From Takakia lepidozioides (Eukaryota > Plantae > Bryophyta), in assembly GCA_030704615.1 (NCBI GenBank), contig CM060732.1:15500001-15564000 (forward strand): a DNA stretch of 64,000 nt. Reading direction: 5' to 3'. A program made the translations under genes and the position numbers. How positions within the stretch are numbered: the first letter of the stretch is position 1; each line of letters begins with the position of its first letter. This document shows positions 21,167-31,982 of the stretch, one piece after another. Below the pieces are notes generated by a model. It was not told where the DNA came from. It did not search any database and saw only the letters and a list, made by a program, of their open reading frames with translations.

Positions 21167-24100
21167 ACACCCCTACCAACAGGGTGTCGATGTCCTCATC
21201 GACTTGTCTATTTTGTAGAAATGAACATCCAAGTTGTGGCGTCCCACATTAAGGAGTTTGTTTCCGCACCATGGCGTCCCATGGCTAAGAACCAAACCCC
21301 CACTTGACTCTACTCTCCACTAGCTAGTTTGGCTGACTTCCTCCAAGTCCCGGCCAAGGGTGGAGCCTCTCAAGCTCCTCCCAGTGCACTCTTCTTGGCC
21401 CACTTCAAGGCCAAGAAACGATCCTCCCCGAGGATCGAATCGCCTTACTGCAACAACATTTGCTTGCGACCGCTCGTGATGCCACTTTTTGGGCATCACC
21501 TTGAGCAAGGGTTCACCTTGAATTTTATTTATTTTTTTATTTATTTTTTGACTAGGAAGATAACCTTGAACCAACCGTGCGCCCCAATCACTACAATTGG
21601 GTCCGCCTTGGAATGCTGGCCTGAGGTACGGGAACACGCCGAAGCCACTACGACTTCGTCCCGAGGCTACACGATTATAGTACGTGAACGGAAGCACGTA
21701 GCTTCCGCGTTAGCCCGCACTACAAGGCAACCCCCTAGCGCAGTTATAGTACGCGCATGCGCCAGGTGCGCACTAGCATGTGAACTCCCAAAGAATGCGC
21801 AAGTTTCCTTGCCCCTTGGGTGGGAGTCACCCGATTTCGGCACTGCGCAAACACACGATTAACCCAATTTACCTCTCCCACTTTTGTAAGCTAGCATGCA
21901 TTCTACACACTAGCCAACCATACCACGCATCACCATTCCAAACAAAATATGACGCACAACATTTGGAAACCATTTCATTTATAACAAAATTTGTACAATA
22001 CAAGTTTTTGCAACCGGATTCCTGAGCTAGCTAAACCGGGCTAAGCATGCATTTCCTCCCCCACGCTCCAAGGTTGATGTCCCCATCAACGCTTCTTCCG
22101 CTTTTGAGGTCGCCCTTCGAAAGCTGCAACCGCCTCGGATGCGTTTCCCATTTCTGAGGCACGCACCCAAGATGCCTCCACATGATGATAGCCCTTCCAT
22201 TTCACAAGATACTCCGTTTCTTGATTCTTGAACCTCCTCGACTTAAGCACTGCCTCCACCTCGTACTCAGGTTCATTTTCATGATCCAACAGCACAGGTG
22301 GCGGACGCAACACTTGATGTCGATTCGGGCGCGCTTCTTCTTTGAAGTAGGGCTTCAAAAGAGAGACGTGGAATACCAGATGCACCTTGCTGTTTGCCGG
22401 CAGCTCCAATTCATAAACATCCTCAATCATAACCTTCCGGATGCGAAAGGGCCCCGCATACGGAGGTACAAACTTCGGACTCACTTCCGGAGGTAGTAAA
22501 AAATTCTTGATGTTCAACCAGACCTCCGTGCCTGCCTCAAACTTCACCTCCCTCCGCTTCCGATTTGCCTGCCGTTCGTACCGTTTCCTAGCTTTGGTAA
22601 TGTTGTACTTTGCGTGCTTCAACAAACGCTCGCGTTCTTCCAGCACTGCCGCTGCTGCCGGTTCCTCAACGTCTTGGGCGGCCCAACTTGTCGGCACCAG
22701 AGGTGCTTTTCCATAAACCAATACGAAGGGGAAAACTCCCGTTGCGGAATGTTTTGTGTTATTATAACAGAACTCTGCCGCATCCAAGTGCTCCACCCAG
22801 TCCGATTGGTCTGCCGACATGTAATTCTGCAAGATCTGCTTCACCACGGAATTCACCCTTTTCGTTTGGCTGTCCGTCGTAGGTCGGAAGGCGGTGCTCA
22901 TCTTGAGTTTCGTCCCCATCTTCTTCCAAAGTGCCCTCCAAAATTTACTCGTAAACTTTGGATCGCGGTCCGAGACAATATCCTTCGGGAGTCCATGATG
23001 CTTGAAGACGTGGGCGAAGTAAAGTCGCCTCGTCTCCTGTGTCGTTGCCGTCTCCTTGGTGGGGATGGAATGGCCCATTTAACTGAACCTATCCACCACC
23101 ACCATGATTGCATCGAATCCTTTTGACAGCGGCATAACAGTCATGAAATCCATCGGGACACTTTCCCAAGACCCTTCTGGAATCGGCAAGGGGCATGTGG
23201 TGCATGTCTTGACATACTCCTCGGCCTCCTCCCTCAATTTGGGCCAGAAATACTCTTTCTTCAAGAGTGCCATGGTGCGCTTGGTTCCGCCGTGGCCCGC
23301 AAGCGGACCATCATGGCATTCTCTCAAGAGACTATTTCTGATCCCTCCCTTCGGCACGTATAGACGCTTTTGCTTGTACCGGAGCAGTCCATTTTGCAAG
23401 TGGAACTGCGATTTAACCCCCATCCTCAAGTCCCGCATCATGGACTTCGCCATCTCATCCTTCTGGTAAGCCTTCCGGATCTTCCTTTGGAGCGCCGTCT
23501 CGCCCCTGTACACCATCATGAGCTGCTGCTTTCTACTTAAAGCATCGGCCACCACATTGTCCCGTCCCGGTTTGTACTGGATATCCACGTCGAATAGTGC
23601 CAAAGTGTCTTGCCACCTAATTTGTTTTGGGGACAACTTAGGCTGTGTGGCAAAATACTTCACCGTGACATTGTCCGTGAACACCTTCACCGGGTTGGAA
23701 CCAATATAGTGGCGCCAAAGCTCAAGGCAATGCACCACCGCCTTCATTTCTTTCTCGTGCGTAGGCCACCGTCGCTCCACTTCATTCAATTTCTTACTTT
23801 TGTAAGCCACTGGACGTCCATCCTGCATGAGTACGCCCCCAATTGCGAAGTCCGACGCATCTGTATGGATCTCAAATGGACGGTCGAACTCCGGAATTTT
23901 GAGGACTGGAGCTTCCGCCATCTGTTGCTTCAACTCGGCAAAAGCTTGGCCACAAAAGGTGTTCCATACCCAGACTTTGGATTTACACAGGAGGTCTGAC
24001 AGCGGCCCCGCGATCTTGGCGAAATTTCACACATACTTCCGGTAATAGGAGGCGAGTCCTAGGAAGGATCGCACTCCCGGGACCGAAGTCGGAGGCTCCC

Positions 24101-24653
24101 AGTCCAAAATCGCCCTCATCTTTCTGTCATCCATTTTGATCATATCCTGTGTAATCACATGCCCCAGGAACTCCACTTTCGTGACCCCAAATTCGCACTT
24201 TGAAGCTTTGGCATACAGCTTCCATTCTCGCAATTTCTGGAACACCCTTTTTAGGTGCTCCAGGTGCTCTTCCTTTGTTTTCGAGTACACCAAGATGTCG
24301 TCGATGTACACGATCACAAAGTCATCCAACCACTCCTGGAAAACGGCTGTTCATTAGCGTGCTAAAGGTTGCGGGTGCATTGGTGAGCCCAAAAGGCATC
24401 TCCAAGAACTCATATGAACCATACCTTGTCCTGCACGAGGTCTTCTCCTCGTCTCCTTTCGCCACTCGAATTTGATGGTAGCCGGAGCGCAAATCGATCC
24501 GGCTGAAATACTTTGCTCCTGCCAACCGATCAAAGAGGTCGTTGATCCTTGGCAAAGGGTACCGGTTTTTTATAGTCACCTTATTTAGAGCTTTGTAATC
24601 AACACACATCCGCAGCGTCCCATCATTCTTGTCTGCGAATAGCACTGGGGCTC
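21167..24653 (-). mobile_element. Chromovirus copy 2, 3' internal fragment (RT to PPT)
   Basis: Colinear with 41804-45316; truncated inside RT. Confidence 0.95.
22086..24645 (-). pseudogene. pol: pol (RT, RNaseH, integrase, chromodomain), frameshifted with stops
   Basis: YIDD, TDASD, IVSDRD, GPF and EYEVEAVL..YLVKWKGY chromodomain motifs. Confidence 0.92.
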
Positions 24654-24992
24654 AACGACATTCACTTTGGATCTCTCATAAAACAGCTAATCAAGCCTCA
24701 AGATTTCTCGCAAGAGGCAAAAGCATTGCAGAACAACTGAATGTCTGCATTGACATTCAGCAAACTGGAGTGAGGAACCCTCACTGTAAACTCTATGGAC
24801 ATTACAAAAACTTACATAATTCTGAGGACCTCTTAACAACTCTGGATGTGAATGTCGTCAACGCCATTCAGGGACATTATCAATTCTAATCAGGGACACT
24901 ATAAATACACCATAAGCTCCTAATCCAGGTGAATTCAAATTCTCGCTTAAGAATGACTCAGACAAAGAAGTGAATGTCGTCAACGACATTCA
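24654..24992. repeat. C-type palindromes TGAATGTCGT-CA-ACGACATTCA in an intron of the lineage C gene
   Basis: Copies at 24738-24759, 24849-24870, 24971-24992 (perfect arms) and a half copy at 24654-24664. Confidence 0.8.
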
Positions 24993-25073
24993 ATTTGGAT
25001 CTATGATTACAATCCTTATGAAGCCAAATTGTTTCCCAAAAAGTGCAGTAGAGTTTCCAGTATGATATTGCAC

Positions 25074-25764
25074 CTGTACACAACTCGCATCATGGCCCAC
25101 TCTCCTCCAACCTGACTGTCAAAGTCGTTGGACCGTAAAATGTTACCATCTTTGGAGAACTCCCGGAATTAACAGTATTTCCAGGTGAGACCTCTCCACT
25201 TCCTTATGTATGCCTCCAATGACATTTGGAGAGGGGAAACAATCGAAATGTTCAAGTCCTTCAAAGTCTGATCCAGCACAATGACGGTGCGCTTTTCGAG
25301 CTGCAAATTGTATATTTGTCAGTATTGCAAATAAGATACTCATCACATAATTGAAGAAAAGAAAACGGCTTATTTGAATACACACCTGACTCCAAAATGT
25401 AGCCTTGTGGAGCCAGTTATCAAACACCAAATCACTGATTCCTTCCACCTTTGTGTCAGGCTGTATGGTGCTCTTTGGGAACTGATTCAAGTCCTTTACT
25501 GTCTGATCTGAGTTCCATATCTCCAGCCATCTTATTTTTGTTTGTGGGTCGACCATGGATATGGCCAGCCGGTGCAATTTCTCCTGCTGCATCTCCGGAT
25601 GCACATGCTTGTCATAGTGAGATTTGATCTGCTGAAGGAACTCAGAACCAAGTCCAGGATCTACTATTCTAAGCTGCTTTCCGAAGGTGGACATCAATTT
25701 GGTTCTTCGCATTTCAAACTCCTTCTTTATTGCTGCTTCCACACCCTTTGATGTCCTTAGTTCC
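25074..25764 (-). pseudogene. ParB-type gene of lineage C, downstream exons (interrupted by the 25765-38756 insertion)
   Basis: IVDPGLGSEFL..EKLHRLA..RWLEIWN..WLHKATFWSQ and AMMRVVYR are homologous to exons 4-6 of 12266-17477. Confidence 0.85.
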
Positions 25765-25822
25765 GGGGGCTGCTATTTCATGAGCGGCATGAGCATGAGC
25801 GGAAAAAAAAAAAGCATGAGCA
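25765..25822 (+). repeat. Left TIR with CATGAGC repeats
   Basis: gggggctgctatttcatgagcggcatgagcatgagc. Confidence 0.92.
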
Positions 25823-25985
25823 GACCATTGTGAGTCCACGGAAATAGGGTTAGGAGGCACGGAAATAGGGTCATGTGAAGTTGGAATGTGGCACCAGTGG
25901 ACTTGAAATGCAACATTTTATTGCAAATTTTGTGGCAAGCCACGTCTATACAAGTGTGTTCTAACTGTCATAGCCGGAATGGGCA

Positions 25986-28900
25986 CTACTCTCCTACACC
26001 ATCCGAGGAACTTGCCCCACCTTCTTCCTCATCCCCCTCATCCCCCTCATCCTCCGAGCTCTGTGATGCATCAGTTCCACTATGCCTCTCAAAAATCCCG
26101 TCCTCTCTTTGGGGGACTGTCCACCTCACCTCCTGAGAATCTTCTGCGTCTTCTCCCCCACTTTCCTCAGCAGAATCCAAGACAAATCTACGAGCCCGAC
26201 GGGCTCTAATAGCTGCTGCCTCCTCCCTCATCTTCATTTTCTTGAGGCTTGCCTCGTCTAAAATCTGCTGTACACGACTACGTTCGGAACACCTCCTAAT
26301 GGACACCGAAGCAAGCCGGGCAGCATAAGTAGGAAGGATGTACTCCCTTTCTGGACTAGGCATGAAATCCCCCCTGGCAAAAAAAGGCACGTTCCTCCTG
26401 CCCATGAACTCCGGTGTAGACGTCCCTCCGGCAGTACTTGGCATCCTACAGTAAGAACAAATCCACTTCAAGAATGTCAATACCAGCACAACCAGAAAGG
26501 GTTTTCAATGAAATAAGAGAGCGGAGGGAGGTGCCTCACAAAATCTGGAGGCAACTTACAATGCCACCACTCACTCGTAAACCGGGGGCTCCTCGGCCTC
26601 GATCCCAACTTCCTCCCCCTGCTCCTTCTCGGATTTTTCCTCATCCTCCGAGGATGCCTCTTCCTCTTTCGGCAGACGTTCAGCCGCTGCAAGTTCCGAG
26701 TTGTGGAGGGCAGTATCTGGCTCGAAGGCGAACACATGCCTGTCGGACAACGTCCCTGCCCTCATTGAAGCACCTGAGGAACAAAGCGGGCGGTTAATAG
26801 CTTGCGGCATGCAATTGCAATTGGGCCAGGGGACAAACTGAGCACGTGAAGGCTTACCCGTGCCGCATGTGAGGTCCAGAATCCGCCCTTGGACATCCGA
26901 GCACGTCTCCATGAGGGTTTGGATGAAAGCAGGGCTCCGGGTCCGGCTGTACCGCCACGGTTTGCCTGTCTTTGTGTCCTTCGGCATACTGGAGTGGGGC
27001 ACATAGTTGTAGAGGACATCGTAGGTTACAGGGTCCACAGCGGCATCAACAAGATGACCGTCGTTGCGGAATTTGAACGTAGACCCTCTCTTCACAAAGC
27101 AATATGCCTCAAACACCAATGTCTGCACATCCAACAAAGAAGGGATCAACTCCAGGGTCTACTTAACATACACCACAATATGAAGTGAATGCAATAGATT
27201 GATAACTTACACTTTCCCTGTGTACTGATGCAGAACCATTTTCTGAGGAGGACCGGGGTGACACTTTTCGGTGTCCACCTTGCCACCGCATTCTCTGTGG
27301 TCTTCCCTATCGTGGCAAGGACAACCACACATCCACCGTCATCCAGAAGCATCCCCGCCAGCCCAAACCCGGCTTTCCAGTAGTCCTCAGTAAACCTGTT
27401 CCAGGTGGGCACACCATCCAGGCCCTCCAGCAGCTCCCCATCTGGAATGTCGAGGAGAATCATGTCGCAAGCTCTCTCCACCTCAACCCCCCCCCCGAGT
27501 GCTCTTGCAATTCGTGCTCACAGCCGTGAAGAATTCCATCATGGCTTCAAAACCAGGGGTGTCTTTAGGCTCTGTACCGGCAGCCCTCTTCTTGGCTTTC
27601 CCCTTCTGCTCCGCCAGAGACTTGTTGTGTGCCACCTTCTTCGCCCTGGCAGCGAGAGCGTCAAGGAAGCTCTCATTGACGCATTGGATGATGGTTGGAG
27701 GTTCTAGCTTTGGCCTGTGCGTAAACGTCACCGCCGAATACCGCCGTGTAGGCTCGTCTCAAATGCCAACTTCTTGGCAGAGCCAGTCCCACTCCGAACT
27801 GACTTGGGAACCCGGACGACCGGTGACTGGGTAGGAGCAACAGCAGTCGCAGGACCTTGAACAAAGTCGTCGTCCGAGTCACTCTCTTGGGTCCCCTCCT
27901 GCGCCTCCTCCGATGCCCCGATGGTTTTCTTCTTTTTGGGTGTTACTACACTCACCTGTTTCCTTGTCCTTTTCCTTGGCGTTTACTCTTCTCATGCAAT
28001 TTCTCCTGAATTCCTGCCTGAGCAAGCTCTGCCGCTTTCCTGGAGTTCGCAAGCGCTTTTGCCTCTTTTGCACCCAACGGAGGCAGCGGAGCCCGGTTTC
28101 GTCGGAATTCAGCATCCGGCTTCAATTGAAACTCGGATGGGTCGAGCGAGTCGGGCGGAAGGTCCACATACCAAGGGCAATCACGCAAATGTTCCAGATG
28201 CCACTCCTTCACAATATCGTCAGTGTACATGGAGTCAGCCCCAGGGTTCCTCCATGCCAGGAAGAATGGTGGCTCGAAAGACAGATGACCTTTCTCCAAA
28301 AGGGAGAACTTGCAGTACCTGCATTCATGGAAAACACAATGAGGTCCCTGAAATGCATATTCAGCACCATTTTCCCAGGTTGGGGCGGATGTGAGTGGGC
28401 CTAGAAATGGAAAAATGGCGCCGAATTTCGGTTTTCGGTGACTGCCACCCTAGGGACTTAGCCATCTTGGGAGCCCTGAACTGGAAATTTGGTGCCATTT
28501 TTCCCGGTTTGGCCCGAAGATGGCTAAGTCCCAGAACTGCAATAGGGCCTAGAACTGGAAAAATGGCGCCGAATTTCCAGTTTAGGGCCAGCCACCCTAG
28601 GGACTAAGCCCGAAAATGGCTAAGTCCCAGAACCGCAATAGGGCCTAGAACTGGAAAATGGCGCCGAATTTCCAGTTCAGGGCCAGCCACCCTAGGGACT
28701 TAGCCTGAAAATGGCTAAGTCCCTGAACGGCAATAGGGCCCAGAACTGGAAAATGGCGCCGAATTTCCAGTTCAGGGCCAGCCACCCTAGGGACTTAGCT
28801 CGAAAATGGCTAAGTCCCTGAACGGCAATACGGCCTAGAACTGGAAAATGGCGCCGAATTTCCAGTTCCGGGCCAGAAGCTCCACATGTCCCTGGTACTT

Positions 28901-31722
28901 TGGGAACCATTCCAGATTTGGAGCCACCGGGTCTGTCCAACCACCCAGCATATTCGTAAGCGCCAAACACCACAAAAATGAGTTGTTGCCACCACAATTT
29001 GGTTAAGAATGTATCACCTTTTCTGTTGCATCCACACAGGATGTGGCTAGACGATGGAGCTTCTCCAATGTCATCGTGGGCTTCAGAGCGCGAGAGTAGT
29101 GCTTCCCACTCCACCAGAAAGTCGGCACCAAGGGCGGGATCAGCTATGGCCACGTACTTTACCATCCGCGACTTGTACTTTATGCGGGCCCTCACCTCCG
29201 CAGCTTTGACATACGATTCGAGTTCCGGGAGGGTTGGATTCTTCTCCTCTGACTCCATGTAGAACCTCCGCGCATGTGCCAAATCCTGCTGTATTTTCGT
29301 CTGTCAAGAATGCGCACATAAGATTAGAGATCCTGCTTAACACAATTTCTTCTATTGGGGGAGGAGATTAGAAATCACGGTGAAGACCTTTTCTTCTATT
29401 GGGGAGGAGAGACAGATTAGCTCAACAAAACTGTCAGGAGCTTTACCCGAAATATGTAGTCCACCATGGCGTCGACGCTCAGCCTATACCAGGTTCTGTC
29501 TGCCTTTGCCTCCGACTTGCGCAGGAGGTCGGCACTGAGGGAATTGGTAAACTCTTGCACCCCCTGCTTCCCTACATCCTTCACTCGGAAGAGCATATGG
29601 ACAAGTTGGTGGCAATGAAGGCATTCTCAGTCACCCTGCAGTGCCACATTTCCATCAAACAATACTGAAATGGGAATTTTCATCATATATGAGGATTCGC
29701 AATGAAATGACTTCCAAATTCAAAGTCCAATAGCGAGAGGCGTTGTAGCTTACGAGTTGATGTCGGCCATTGCAACTTTGAGAAGACTGCGATCTTTGGG
29801 CCCCGCAACCTTCAGCACAACACAATCCACGGTGAAATGCCAATCGAGGTCATTGGGGTGGGCTTGGGCAATGTGCTCCATCCATGCCAGGAGGCGATGA
29901 TTGCCGTCCCACACGTAGAACATCTTACCGGACAAGTGCTGGAAAAGAGGATCACTAGCAATCGATCTCTCGAACTCCTCATTTCGCGTTTGCCAATGGG
30001 GACCCCATTTGTCCACCTCATCGGAAGTGTGGGCACGGGAAGCTCCGTGGTCGTTCTCAATGGAAACGTAAAACGTGGCAGACCCCATTCGATATACATC
30101 CCGGAAAGAGAATTTTAGCTTGTCGATATCGCCTGGGAGGGCAGGTCTCACCACCTGCAATGACACCAAGCGGCAAAGGGGAATTCAAAGCTTGGCCGGG
30201 TACACCATGCCCCCCAGCACCTTGCCAATGTTGTTGTGGGTTGCCTCCAACATCTTGGCAGCGGCCAACTTCATATCCGCCTTAGACATGACGTCTACTG
30301 CAGAGGGGTTTTCCGGCAGCCCACCAGGACCGCCAAATCCAGCCTGTATGCTCCGGGTTTGGGGCCTGGGGATGTCCGGGAGGATGTCATCCTGATCAGA
30401 AAGCTCCCTGTCGTCCTCCTCAATAGGGTCAGCCACCTGTGAAACCACCTCCAGCACTCTCCCCGTCTCTACTGCCCTCTCCCTGGCTTCACCTCGAACT
30501 TGCACAATCCGTGCTCTTTCTGGTGTTCTTTCCACTCCTCCACTCTCCACCGTATGGGTAATTGCAGGGGCTGCTCTTGCCCGCGATGGTCTAACCGGTG
30601 TGTTACTGCCTCTCTGTGGTGTCTTGGAGGGATCCACCGTCTCTGTGCGTCCCTCGCTTACATTGACATCTGTCATTTGGGCACCCCTGGCCTCTTCAGT
30701 GGCCTTTTCTCTTTCCTCCTGGCTAGCATTCCTGTCTCGTCTGTTCTTTCGCCCTCTCTTTTGCCCTCTCACGGGCTTTCTGTTTCTTACTAGGGCTAGC
30801 AGCAGGGGAGCCCTCCAGGACGACCACCTTTGATTGAGGCGAACTGACACCCTCGCGCGCACTGCTCACCCCCCCTCCGCAGCCCGTGACGGCTCTCTCG
30901 CCGGGGATTGCATGTGCTTAGCTTTCTTCTTTTTCTTTGCGTGGGCTGCATGTGCATGAACAACCTCCATTGCGGGATTTGCTGTCCTCATGTCCTCACG
31001 CCCTTCACCTGCCATGCCGCCTGCACCAACCTCCCCAATGCCTATTCTGTCGTACTCTCGTTGCAAGTCCTCCCGTCCACCAACAAAAGGTTTAAGTTTG
31101 CCCTCTCGCCCCAAGTTGGGCGATTCAAACATGCGATGAGTTGGAGCTGTCGATGATACCACCAGCGTGCCGGGCTTGTCGTCACTCTGTCATTCCCAAA
31201 AATTGTGAAAACCAACATCGGTGCAAAAACCAGCATCGCAACGAGCAGCGCAACCACCATAGCAACAATCGTGTAACAAAAATGAAAACATAACAAGTTT
31301 AGGAAGTATGGAGAGCCATGCAACAACAATGAAAACAAATGCAACCATTGCCTGAGAATGACATGCACAAGCAGCCTTCTCCAGAGCTGCCGGATTTGCA
31401 CACGCATTGCAAACAATCTAAGGTTCACTCAACTATCTAAAGTTCACTCATCCAGCGAAGCCAGGATGAAGATGCAAAAACAAAGCGAGGCAACAAAGCG
31501 AAAGCAAAAAAGAATCGAACAAAGCGAAAGCAGAAGTGGCTTGCCTGAGAGTACTCGGCTTCAGTTGGCGCGGGTTGTGAGCAAGACACTGGAATCTCCT
31601 TGCTGGAGCTTCAGTTTGGCCATGCGAGAGATTGGCCGTCGTCCGTAGTACAGAGCTTTCAACTTCCGCCGCGGTCTGGATGCGAGGTCTCTCTCAGGAG
31701 AGCCACGCCCTTCAGGCGGCAT
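25986..31722 (-). pseudogene. ParB-MTase-like fusion gene of lineage A (frameshifts; exon 6 and part of exon 5 deleted)
   Basis: VWDGNHRLLAW (29750-30169), CDMILLDIPDG (27146-27481), RSPAFIQTLMETCS..ILDLTCGTG (26858-27122), RHVFAFEPD; intron positions match the B gene (both have a 265-bp exon 8). Confidence 0.9.
28405..28875. repeat. Intronic A-type array, ~95-96-bp units containing the GGCGCC palindrome plus a GGGACTTAGCC-N7-GGCTAAGTCCC inverted repeat
   Basis: tggctaagtccc at 28521, 28617, 28712, 28807. Confidence 0.9.
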
Positions 31723-31982
31723 AAGTCCCAGCCAAAATGGAAAAAGATCTCCGTTTTTGGGGTACATGCCTCGAATAGCATGTTAAGCCAAGATTAGCAT
31801 GAGATTTAGGGTACGTATCCAGGAAGCCATGTGTTGCCAGCCCGAATGAAAACCGACGGCGGTGGACATTTATTGCCCAACTGCGCAATTAAATGTCGGA
31901 TGAAGCCCTCAATGTCGGATGAAAATCGACGGAAAGAGCCCCGGAATTTCCAACGTAGAGGTAATTCGGAGCGCTGCACGAT

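Noticed and set aside
24738-24992. Helical phasing of C-type palindromes
   Set aside because: Too few clear copies, and spacings of 111 and 122 bp do not fit integer turns; the phasing claim is limited to A and B
25754-25764. Apparent 11-bp TSD TCCTTAGTTCC
   Set aside because: TIR alignment places the right end at 38756, so the extra TC belongs to the element terminus and the TSD is 9 bp
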